Assembly (NCBI GenBank): GCA_000004695.1
Contig: CM000152.2
Coordinates: forward strand, 3,040,001 to 3,104,000
Direction of reading: 5' to 3'
Length of the DNA: 64,000 nt
DNA from: Dictyostelium discoideum
Lineage: Eukaryota
Shown here one piece after another: positions 54,187-64,000 of the stretch. Below the pieces are notes generated by a model. It was not told the origin of the DNA. It did no database searches and was given only the letters and a program-made list of their open reading frames with translations. Position 1 is the first letter of the stretch, and the number at the start of each line of letters is the position of its first letter. A program made the position numbers and the translations under genes.

Positions 54187-55672
54187 AAAAAAACCAAATA
54201 AAAATTTTTTATGGTGGGGGAAATTTTTTAAGATAAAATTTTGTATCTTTTTTTATGTGTTTTTAATGTCCAAAAAAAAAAAATATATGAATATACGATG
54301 ATATGGATATTATTGATTTTAAATTAACATAAAGAAAGAAAAAAAAAAGGAAGAAAAAAAAAAAAAAAAAAAAGATAATTAAAAAATTTGGAAAGTTCGT
54401 TTTTTTTTTTTTTTTCCACGATGGCAACATTTTTTTTTTTTTTTTTTTGGATTAAATATCCAAACATAAGGTTTGTATATATAAAAGTGTGAATTTATAA
54501 ATTATGTTTATTTGGTATGATTTGGGTGAATGGATTATTTTAAAATTGTAAAGAAAAAATAAAGATGGAAAAAAAAAAAAAAAAAAATCCAAAAAAAAAA
54601 AGTAGTTAAAAAAAAGGTTAAATGATATTAAAAAAGATGGTAGTACTTACAAATTGGATTAAATTAATCTTTTAAAACAAATAATATTGAAAAATAAATA
54701 AAATTCTAAAATTTTTTAAATAATAGTACTTTATTAATAAAAATCTTTGCTATTGTATAAATAATCCAATCTTAACTTTTTTTTGAATTGAAAAAATGAA
54801 AAAAAAATAAAAAAAATAAAAAAAAATAAAAAAAAAATTTAAAAAAAAAAAGTTTTTTTTTTTTTTTTGTGAAAGTTTAAAATAAAAAAAAAAAAAAATA
54901 AATAAAAAAAAAATAAATAAAAAAAAAAAAAGATTGGAAATTATAACCAAACTGGTAGATCAGTTGGAAATTAATAGATTTGTGGTTTTAGTATGGGTTT
55001 GGATTATTTACTATTGAACTCCATAAAAAATATATTTTTGGTAATTATAAAATATGGGTGGAACCAATTTCGTAAAAAAAAAAAAAAGGAATATATATAT
55101 TCGGAACGTTTACCATATAGGTTGTGTGTATTGATTAACATTTTTTTATTTTTATTTTTAGATTCAAAATAAATAAAAATTTAATAAATTTCACCAATAT
55201 GTAAAGTAAATTATTGGTTGGATTAAAAGTGGATGGTGTGGCAATAAGGAAAGGAAGAAAAAAAAAAAGAAAAAAAAAAGAATCAAATTTCCAAAAAGAA
55301 AGGGATTGGATAAATAACTTACATTAATTGTTTTAATTGTTTTATAACCAAATGGATTATTACTCCTATTAAAATATATGTAAGTAATTTTTTAAAAAAA
55401 AAAAAAAAAAAAAATATAGAGATGACGGGGTTTGGTTCCTATAAAAATTTAAAATGAAATCCACAAAAATTTTTTACTTTTTTTTTTAAAAACAAAAAAA
55501 AAAAAAAAAAAAAATAAAAAAAAAAAAAAAAAAAAAAAATAAAAAAAGATCACTTAAAAAAAAAAAAATCAAAAATTATAAAAAAAAAAATATTCGAAAC
55601 GATTTTAATTAATTTTTGGATTGTTTAATTAAGATTGGATTTTTATTTAAAAAAAAAAAAAAAAAAAAAAAA

Positions 55673-57226
55673 ATGAATTTAAAAAACTTAGAAACATGTA
55701 AAGGATTAATTAAAGGATCTTATATTGATCAAGCAATTCAAGGAACATCACAATTCAATAAACTTTTAGAAACATTATTAATACATGTAGGTTTTTTAAA
55801 TTCATTTTTTAAAAAAATATAAAATAAAAAAAAAAAAAAAAAAGTAAATCTAATTTTTTTTTATATACACACATATTAACATCCAAAAAAAAAAAAAAAG
55901 AAAAAATTACCAAATATAGGATATAATGATAAAATTATTGAATTAATTTTAAATGAAATATCATTGATGGATTCAAATAATTTTATAGAGAATATTGGAG
56001 TTGGTGAAAGAGAGGGAAGAATATATAGTGGGTTAGTTGAAAAAAGACATTATGGATTTGCACATGGTATTGGTAGAAGTGGTGATATTACAGAGCAACA
56101 ACCAAAAGCAGCAGGATCAAGTTTAATTCAAAAATTAACACATTCATTAGTATTGGATGCAATGAAATTGGCAGGACTAGAACAATCATCATTATCAAAT
56201 TGTTTACTATTACCAATGGCAACTGGCATGACATTAGCATTAACAATGTTAACATTAAAATCAATCAATGCAAATAATAAAAGATATGTACTATGGCCAA
56301 GAATTGATCAAAAGTCATGTTTAAAATCAATAATAACAGCAGGACTAATACCAATTGTTATACCAAATCAATTGGATGGTGATATGATTAGAACTGATTT
56401 AGTGGCTATTGAAGACAAAATTAAGGAATTAGGTGTGGATAATATATTATGTGTTTTTAGTACAACTAGTTGTTTCGCACCAAGAGTACCAGATAAGATT
56501 ATTGAAATTTCAGAAATTTGTAAAAGATATAACATTGGTCATATCATTAATAATGCATATGGTTTACAATGTTCAAAGATACTACATAACATATCGCAAG
56601 CTTGTAAATTGGGTAGAGTGGATGCATTCATTCAAAGTACTGATAAAAATTTTATGGTACCAGTTGGTGGAGCAATCATTAGTGGTCCAAATTCCGAATT
56701 TATAGATCAAATCTCTCGTAATTATCCAGGTAGAGCAAATTCTTCACCAATTTTAGATGTTTTCATAACACTCTTATCAATGGGTAAACAAGGTTGGTTA
56801 AATTTATTAAAAGAAAGAAAAGAATTATTAATTTATTTTAATGAACAACTTTCAAAATTTGCATTAGAAAATAATGAAAAACTTTTAAATACAATTAATG
56901 AAAATAAAATTAGTTTTGCTTTAACTTTATCATCAAACAATTTTAATAATAATGAAGAAATCATCTCTAATAATAATAATAATAATAATAATACTTTTTC
57001 AATGATTGGATCAAAATTATTTTCAAGATCTTGTTCAGGTTCTAGAGTAATTGATTTAAAATCAAACAAAAAACTTTTAATTGGTGGTTTAGAATTTAAT
57101 AATTATGGTTCACATATTGATAATTATTCAACATCTTATTTAACTGTTGCTTGTGCAATTGGTATCACAAAATTAGAAATTGATACATTTATACAAAGAT
57201 TATCAAAATTATTTAATAAAAAATAA
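55673..57226 (+). CDS. O-phosphoseryl-tRNA(Sec) selenium transferase (SepSecS, selenocysteine synthase; PLP-dependent). Two exons: 55673-55786 and 55901-57226.
   Basis: [64 protein letters not shown]...RIDQKSCLKSIITAG...STTSCFAPRVPD...NNAYGLQ...FIQSTDKNFMVPVGGAII...YPGRANSSP is near-collinear with human SEPSECS ([52 protein letters not shown]...). The phase-0 intron has a GTAGGT donor and an AG acceptor at 55899-55900. Confidence 0.85.
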
Positions 57227-57321
57227 AGAAAAAAAAAAGATTTTATTTTTAAAAGTTTATAAAGAAAAATGGATTAATTATTAATTATTGATGCTTTTTT
57301 TTTTATTTTTTTTTTTTAATT

Positions 57322-58826
57322 TTAATGATGGAATGATTGACCTTCATCTTTTGAAATACTTTGAACCATTGGATGTTTATCAAAATATTCAATACTACGA
57401 TTGAAATCTTCAATTAAGAGCATTGCCATATCATGACTGAAACCATGTCTAATTAATACTCTTTGAACTACAATATCTGGTAAGTTTGGTAGAGTATAGG
57501 ATGCAATTTGCCAACCTCTATTTCTCATTCTATCTGAAAGGTCAAAGAGATTGAATTTTACTTTTGCATCTTTTTTCAATTTCCAACATGCACCTGGAAG
57601 TGCACCAGTACCATCATAAACAATATCAAAAATACCGTGTTTTTTAACTTGCTTGGAAATGAAAATACCATGATCTAGACAAGCTTGATGAACTGCGGTA
57701 TATCCACTACGACCATGGCGCAAAAAGTTATAGTACTGGCATACTATTTGACCACCTGGACGTGAGAAATTCAATGAAAATGTTGGCATATTGCCACCAA
57801 GATAGTTGACATCGAATACCAAATCCTTGTGAATGTCATTTTTACCTCTCCATACGACCCAGCCAACTCCCAATGGAGATAGACCAAATTTATGACCAGA
57901 GCCATTAATTGATTTAACACGTGGTAGTCTAAAATCCCAAACAATTTCTGGTTGAAGAAAGGGTGCAACGAAACCACCACTTGCTGCATCGACATGAATT
58001 GGTATATCAAGTCCGGTTTCTTTTTCAAATTTATCCAAAGCTTCTGAAATTCCTTTAACATCTTCATATTGTAGTGTAAATGTTACACCCAATGTTGGAA
58101 TTACACCAATGGTATTTTCATCACAACGTTTTATGGCTTCCTCTGGTGTCATTATGTAACGGTCATGTTCCATTGGTACTTCTCTTAATTCAATATCAAA
58201 GTATAGTGCAAACTTATGCCAACAAATTTGAACTGGACCAGTTACAATGTTTGGTTTATCAAATGGTTTACCTTGTTTCTTTCTATTTTCTCTCCATCTC
58301 CATTTCAAAGCCATTCCACCCAACATTGCAGCTTCACTAGATCCAGTAGTTGAACAACCAATAGTTTCAGAACTTTCTGGTGAATTCCACAAATCCGCTA
58401 AAATATGAACACAACGACTTTCAATTTCAGCAGTTTGTGGATATTCATCCTTGTCAATCATATTCTTGTCAATACATTTATCCATTAATACATGAATCTC
58501 TTTATCAAGATCAGTTTGACAAAATGTGGCCAAGTTTTGTTTTGCATTACCATCTAATAATAATTCATCAATTATTAAATCTTTTTTTAAAAATTAAAAT
58601 TAAAATTAAAATTATTAATTAACATTTTTTAATTTTTTTAAAATTATTATTATTATTATTATATAATTTTATTAATTTTATTAATTTTTTATTTACCTCT
58701 AATAACTTCTGGTTTATTTGACTCTTCTTTTAAAGAATATTTTGAAATTTCTTTTGTTGCAGGTGGTGATGCATAAGAATCATAAAAACCTTTATATTTA
58801 TTTGTTTTGACATGATGAAGTGACAT
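57322..58826 (-). CDS. Glutamate decarboxylase (PLP-dependent, group II decarboxylase). Two exons: 58826-58697 and 58580-57322.
   Basis: [11 protein letters not shown]..., [45 protein letters not shown] (the PLP lysine) and HVDAASGGF are canonical GAD motifs. A phase-1 intron joins ...PEVIR|[11 protein letters not shown]. Confidence 0.85.
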
Positions 58827-58830
58827 TTTT

Positions 58831-58866
<36 letters not shown>

Positions 58867-58909
58867 CCAACCTTATATAAATATTAAATGAAAGAAATAT
58901 TTTTATTAA

Positions 58910-58952
<43 letters not shown>

Positions 58953-59614
58953 ATTATAATAATAAAAAATAATAATAAAAAAATAAAAAATAATAAAAAT
59001 AATAAATTAATTATTTGTAAAAATCCAAATAAATAATATTTATTTTTTTTTATTTTATTTTTTTTATTTTTTTTTATGTGAACATCTATGTAAAAAAAAA
59101 AAACAAAAAAGGGGTTACCAAATTTTATTAAAATATCAAAATTTTTATGAAAACACTAACTCCTTATTTTATTATTTTTTGTTTTTTTTTCAAAACAGTT
59201 GGACAATTCAATGTAAAACTAAATTATAAGGATTGTTTGGAAGAAAATAAATATTTATAATCATTTAAATGTTTTTTTGTTGTATTAAAAATTAAATATA
59301 TTTTTATAATAATAATCTGGCAAATAATTAATATCCAAAAAAAAAAAACTACTGAATCCATTCTTTATGATATCCATTCACAAAAAGAAATTTCAGCAAT
59401 TACCAAAAGGGGTAGATTTATAAAAAAAAAAAACAATAATTAAGATTAAAAAAAAAAGATAAATACAATAATATTATTTTTATATAATTGTATATTTTAA
59501 ATTATTAAAAATAGTTTTTATATTTTTATTTTAGTATAGAGTTATATGTTTAAAAAAAAAAAATTTTATTTTTGTGAATCTTTTTTTTTTGATCGAGAAA
59601 AAAAAAAAAATTAA

Positions 59615-60367
59615 TTAAAATGGTAAATTTCCAAGAACTTTTGGTAATTGGATTGGTGATGATTTTAATTTTAATTGTTTTGAATTTGGTTGATTTAAAC
59701 AAATACTTGGTAATTGAAAGTATGAAGAATCGGCTGATGGGCTGTAGTAGTAATAGTTTGTTAATGTATATCCACTTGGTGTATTGTTGATATTTTCAGT
59801 TGAGCCAGAGATTAAAGAACAATCTGATTTATCTACAAGGAGGCCAACATTTGAAGAGTTACCTAAATCACCTGGGTTTACAGAAAACATGTCACATTGG
59901 ACAGTACCGATTTCGAAATCACCAACATACTTTAAACCATCAAGTGGTGGAACAGAGTATGATAATGGTTGTTGGAAACAATAGTCAGTGTCATTTACAT
60001 TAACACTAACGTATTGAGTGCTATTACTACCGAAACCCCAGAGACTACCTTTTGTTTTAGTATTACCATTATCGAATAAAAAGTCAACATACAATTGTTC
60101 ACCAACCAAATCGATATTAATAAAACCAGATTCAAGGAAAGATGATTGTTGAATACCACTGGGAGTTGGATAATTTCCATTGAAACTTAACATAACATAT
60201 GAACTTGCATAACTAGATGGGAGTTGGTTACTTGAAGTAAAACATTGTTGTTGGCCTACTTGATTTTCAATTTTTGAGTAATCAATTTTATTTGTACCCA
60301 TACTAAATGACTTACAACAATTTAATGCAATTGTCATTACTAAAATTAATGATAATAATAATTTCAT
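59615..60367 (-). CDS. Secreted hypothetical protein, 250 aa, single exon
   Basis: Signal peptide MKLLLSLILVMTIALNCCKSFS. Ser/Asn/Gly-rich. No recognised domain. Flanked by A/T-rich intergenic DNA. Confidence 0.5.
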   Translation of the reverse strand: MKLLLSLILVMTIALNCCKSFSMGTNKIDYSKIENQVGQQQCFTSSNQLPSSYASSYVMLSFNGNYPTPSGIQQSSFLESGFINIDLVGEQLYVDFLFDNGNTKTKGSLWGFGSNSTQYVSVNVNDTDYCFQQPLSYSVPPLDGLKYVGDFEIGTVQCDMFSVNPGDLGNSSNVGLLVDKSDCSLISGSTENINNTPSGYTLTNYYYYSPSADSSYFQLPSICLNQPNSKQLKLKSSPIQLPKVLGNLPF

Positions 60368-61330
60368 ATTTTTATTTTTTTTTTTATTTTTTTTTATTTT
60401 TTTATTTATTTGTTTTATTTATTTTTAATTTTTAATTGAATAAAAAAAAAAAAAAAAATTATTATTTATACTATTTTTTTTTTTTTAGGTTTCCGACTAC
60501 ATTTTTAAAAATGAATTCAACCAATTTAATTATCCTGGATAATACATTTTTTTGCCTGGTTATGAACTTGCAAAAATTTGTTTATTTTGAATCTTCACAT
60601 TTATTTTGAAAAAATCCGATTCCATTTTTCCGAAAATTAAAATAAAAAATGTAAGGTATTTTTTTTTTATTATTAAAGGTATATTTTGGTAAAAAAGTTT
60701 ATAAAAGAATGTTAAAGAACCTATCTCAAAAAAATAATTTTTTTATTTGGATATTTTTTAAAAATAATATCTCAAAATAATTTTTTTAAAAAAAAAAACC
60801 CCAGGCCATTACATCATAATATCAACGAAAGATTTTTGACCTGGCAATAAATTTATTTTATTGTTTCTTTTTTTTAATAATAAAAAAAAAAAAAAAAAAA
60901 AAAAAAATGGAATTTTAAATGACTAATACTTTTTTTTAGTGACTTATTTGTAATTTGAGTTTTTTTAATAAGAAAAAAAAAAAAAAAAAAAAATTTATTT
61001 AAATGAAAATACTGAAAAAAAAATAAATAACAATAAAATAAAAGAAAGAAAGAAAAAACCAAAGATAAAAATTCTTTTTTTATTTAAACTAATATTAGAC
61101 TAAAAAAAAAAAAATATTGGGATTGGGAAAAAGATTTGTTTTTTTATTATATTTTTATTTTTTTTCTTTTTTTAAAATTTTTTTTTTTATAACCAGAATG
61201 CACAAAGAATTCTTGAACAATAAAATGATTATTTATAAAGATTCAATATTATTTTTATTTTTTTATTAATTTTAAAAAAAAAACAGAACAAAACAAAAAA
61301 AAACAAATATATTAACTAATATTAAATAAA

Positions 61331-62260
61331 ATGTCAAGTGTTTCAAGAAAAGTGGCAAACGTTGCCAAAGGTTATAAAACCAAAGATGGTGCAGGTGTAT
61401 CTCTTTTACGAGTTATAGGTGGACCTATCCATTCTTAATGTTGGATGCATTTAAATCAGAGAATCCAAATGATTATATTGCAGGTTTCCCATCACATCCT
61501 CATAGAGGTCAACAAACTTTAACCTATATGATTGATGGTATAATGGCACAAAGATAACAAAGGAAATAAAGGATTATTAAAACCTGGTATGGTTCAAGTT
61601 ATGAATGCTGCAAGAGGGTATGTTTTTAAATTATTATTAAAAAATAAAACAAAATACTGATAATAATTTAAAATTAAAAATATATAGCATTATTCACTCA
61701 GAAATGCCAAAACAAGTTGAAGGTAAAATGTTTGGATTTCAATTTTGGTTAAATTTAGCAGCAGTAGATAAAATGTCAGATCCATGGTATAAAGATCTTG
61801 AAAGCTAAAGAGATTCCAGAAGTTATTACAAATGATAAAAAAGTTAGAGTTGTAGCAGGTCATTATGAAGGTGTTGAAGGTATAGTTAAAGGTTTACCAG
61901 TTAATCCAATATTTTTAGATGTTAAATTATCACCAAACACTAAATTCTCTGTTGATATACCAGATTTGGATCATAATTCATTCGTTTATGTTTTTGAAGG
62001 TGAAGGTAAATTTGGTCCAGAAGGTTATGAAACAGTTGTTGGTGATCTACAAATTGGTGTTTTAGAGAATAAAGATAGTTACAATTAAAGATAATGAAAT
62101 TACTCCAAATAAATTAGATGCTGGTGAAAATGGTGTTAGATTCCTCTTTTTATCAGCAAAACCATTAAGTGAACCAATCGCCCAACATGGTCCATTCGTT
62201 ATGAATACACAAAAAGAAATTCAACAAGCTTTCTTTGATTACCAAATGGGTAGATTTAAT
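61331..62260 (+). pseudogene. Pirin-like (cupin) gene, apparently inactivated. There are 4 frame disruptions in about 900 bp plus one intron (about 61617-61686).
   Basis: Segments in three frames are each collinear with human pirin: MSSVSRKVANVAKGYKTKDGAGVSLLRVIGGP | PFLMLDAFKSENPNDYIAGFPSHPHRGQQTLTYMIDGIMA | HKDNKGNKGLLKPGMVQVMNAARG-(intron)-IIHSEMPKQVEGKMFGFQFWLNLAAVDKMSDPWYKDLES | KEIPEVITNDKKVRVVAGHYEGVEGIVKGLPVNPIFLDVKL...GVLENKDS | ...GVRFLFLSAKPLSEPIAQHGPFVMNTQKEIQQAFFDYQMG. The junctions are: a 3n+2 loss between IGGP and PFLML; a 1-nt deletion in GCACA(c)AAAGAT; a 1-nt T insertion in GAAAGC(t)AAAGAG; and a shift in AAAGATAGTTACAATTAAAGATAAT. Confidence 0.6.
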
Positions 62261-62842
62261 TAAAATCAATATTAAAAAAAAATAATAATAAAAAGATTAA
62301 AAAAAAAATTGTACTATAATTAATGTAAAGTGGTTATTAAATTATTAACCAAGCACCAATTAAACAGAAATTATGCTGTTGAATTAGAAAATTAAAAAAA
62401 AAATATATATAAATAAATAAAATCTTCTAAATTAAACTTATGATTGATATATTATTGTAGATATAATAAATTTTTTTTTTTTTTTATTTTTTTTTTGTTT
62501 GTTATATTACAAATCCATATCCATATCTGGTGTAATGTCAATGCTATTATGTTTTTTTTATATGAAAAATGTCTAAGAGGTCATAGTCTATGGCTTTGTA
62601 TTTTCAATGAAATCCCAAACCAATGTAGTCTATGTTAACTTCATGGTCTTTTTTCTTATTGGAAGGTATGATTGGTATGAATTTGTTTATTGATTTTAAT
62701 TCTTTTGTGTGACCAATTCGTGTTTCCGCATGTTTATTTGATGATGGGCCCTTAAAATTTGGAAGTATTAACATAGGATTTGGTTTGGAACAATGTTCCA
62801 AAAAATAAAATAAATTTCCAAATCAAACCTTGATTATCAATG

Positions 62843-62853
62843 ACATCGAACCA
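62843..62853 (-). promoter_or_regulatory. Candidate ex-B box about 30 bp downstream of tRNA-Arg on the minus strand
   Basis: Minus-strand GGTTCGATGTC (plus gacatcgaacc) resembles the B-box consensus. Confidence 0.3.
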
Positions 62854-62883
62854 GCGATCTTATTGTACAAGATATTAAAATTT

Positions 62884-62956
62884 CACCCATTGTGGGTCTC
62901 GATCCCACGACCTGCAGCTTAGAAGGCTGCCGCAATTCCAACTTTGCTAAACGGGC
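62884..62956 (-). tRNA. tRNA-Arg (anticodon UCU), possibly a variant or weakly functional copy
   Basis: Reverse complement GCCCGTTTAGCAAAGTTGGAATTGCGGCAGCCTTCTAAGCTGCAGGTCGTGGGATCGAGACCCACAATGGGTG folds as a cloverleaf. D arm GCAA/TTGC. Anticodon stem GCAGC/GCTGC with loop CTTCTAA, giving anticodon TCT. T arm GTGGG-ATCGAGA-CCCAC, with A at position 54. The acceptor stem has two G-U pairs, including 1-72. Confidence 0.7.
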
Positions 62957-63536
62957 TTTGTTGGAAAGTTATTTTTAATGCATCAAAAAATTAGGGTATT
63001 TTCCAATTAAAAAAAAAGTATTTTAATTAAAAAAGTGAACTATCAATTATTCAACCTATGGGAGGAGATCCGTTTAAAAGGTATTGATAATACTGGCAGT
63101 GGCTTGGACGCTATCAGGTTTTAAACGAAAAGCTTGAACCTTAATTTTGTCACAAACACTACAAGAGATTGCCATATATTTCTCAAATCAAATGGATAGA
63201 AGTTTACAGAAGTTTTCAATCCTCACCAATTTCAGTGGCTTTTGAATTTGGTAAATTTTTATTAATATTTGGATTTTTAAAAAAAAAAACGAAATTATCC
63301 AGATTTTAAAATTAAAAAAAAACAATAAAAAAATAAAGAAAAAAGGTAATAACTATTTAATTTAAATTTTTTGTTTTTTGTTCCCATTCGAATTCTTAAG
63401 TAAAGAAATTTCTTATTAATATTATTTAAAAAAAAAAAGTTAACTGAAAACAAGTTGGAGAATATTGTCAAAATCGAGTTTGCAGAGGTGTTGGTGAAAA
63501 CTTTCATTCAAGAACATTTTGTTCAAATTATTAAAT

Positions 63537-63618
63537 ATTCATTCATTCATTCATTCATTCATTCATTCATTCATTCATTCATTCATTCATTCATTCATTC
63601 ATTCATTCATTCATTCAT
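63537..63618. repeat. (CATT)n tetranucleotide microsatellite of about 20 units
   Basis: Directly visible perfect tandem repeat. Confidence 0.95.
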
Positions 63619-63911
63619 TATCTATTGATAACTAGATCTGATAAAAAAAAATCTTAATAAAATAATAGTTTTGATTAAAAACCTTTTTTATTTTATTTTT
63701 TTTTTTCTACATTGGACACTTAAATAAATTCGTATTTTTATTTTATTTTATATATAAAAATTAATTAATTTTGTAATAAAAAGAATTATTTAGTTTGAAG
63801 ATAATTTTTTTTTTTTTTTTTTTTTTTACCAAAATTTAATAAATAAACTAACTTTTTGTTTTTTTTTTTTTTTAAAAATTTTTTAATAAAGATTTTTTTT
63901 TTTTTTTTTTT

Positions 63912-64000
63912 TTATTGTTGAGCACAAGAAACACCTTGTGGATGACCACCATGTTGATCTTCATCATCGTCATCGTAAGCAGAGGATCTACTATGTGAAT
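63912..64000 (-). CDS. 3' end of a DnaJ/Hsp40 subfamily-A (Ydj1/DNAJA-like) gene with a C-terminal CaaX box. The gene continues beyond the window.
   Basis: The minus-strand frame ends ...SHSRSSAYDDDDEDQHGGHPQGVSCAQQ*, which resembles the DNAJA1 C-terminus ...AYEDDEHHPRGGVQCQTS, including the farnesylation motif C-a-a-X (CAQQ). Confidence 0.5.
   Translation of the reverse strand, partial: SHSRSSAYDDDDEDQHGGHPQGVSCAQQ

Overview
This 64 kb window is very AT-rich (about 20-25% GC) and looks like nuclear genomic DNA from a dictyostelid social amoeba (Dictyostelium discoideum-like). The signs are long poly(A)/poly(T) intergenic tracts, (AAT)n/(CAA)n trinucleotide repeats read through in coding sequence as poly-Asn/poly-Gln, and many short AT-rich introns with GTAAGT/GTATGT donors and AG acceptors. 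It is a eukaryotic gene-dense region, not a prokaryotic island, so there are no operons, CRISPR arrays or defence systems. About 25 protein-coding genes can be supported, nearly all multi-exon. All splice structures were rebuilt by hand from the six-frame track (which uses alternative start codons) plus homology, so exon coordinates may be off by a few nucleotides. The genes are: a 5'-partial VPS9-domain Rab-GEF; two tandem psi-like type-I membrane genes (PA14/fibro-slime domain, Dicty-CTDC Cys repeats) flanking a pseudogene fragment; an IscA/HesB Fe-S carrier; dynactin subunit 4 (p62); a large PWWP protein with an RD-dipeptide repeat; an ELMO-domain protein; a huge polytopic membrane protein with at least 13 WR(x)P hairpin repeats; an ankyrin+RA protein; sphingosine-1-phosphate lyase; a PH-domain PIP5K; a cathepsin Z/X-like protease with a 10-nt micro-exon; an FAD monooxygenase; an amidohydrolase_2 protein; a PAS/PAC protein; a class-II HDAC with AT-hook and Cys-rich finger; SepSecS; glutamate decarboxylase; two secreted hypothetical proteins; a possible F-box-like protein; and a DnaJ-A C-terminus with a CaaX box at the window edge. 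Non-coding content includes tRNA-Asn(GUU) and tRNA-Arg(UCU) genes with downstream ex-B-box-like motifs, and several microsatellites. A 5'-truncated non-LTR retrotransposon ORF2 fragment sits just upstream of tRNA-Asn, bracketed by a 42-bp direct repeat that contains the first 33 nt of the tRNA. Two decayed loci are present: a pirin-like gene with four frameshifts, and the fragment between the psi-like genes.
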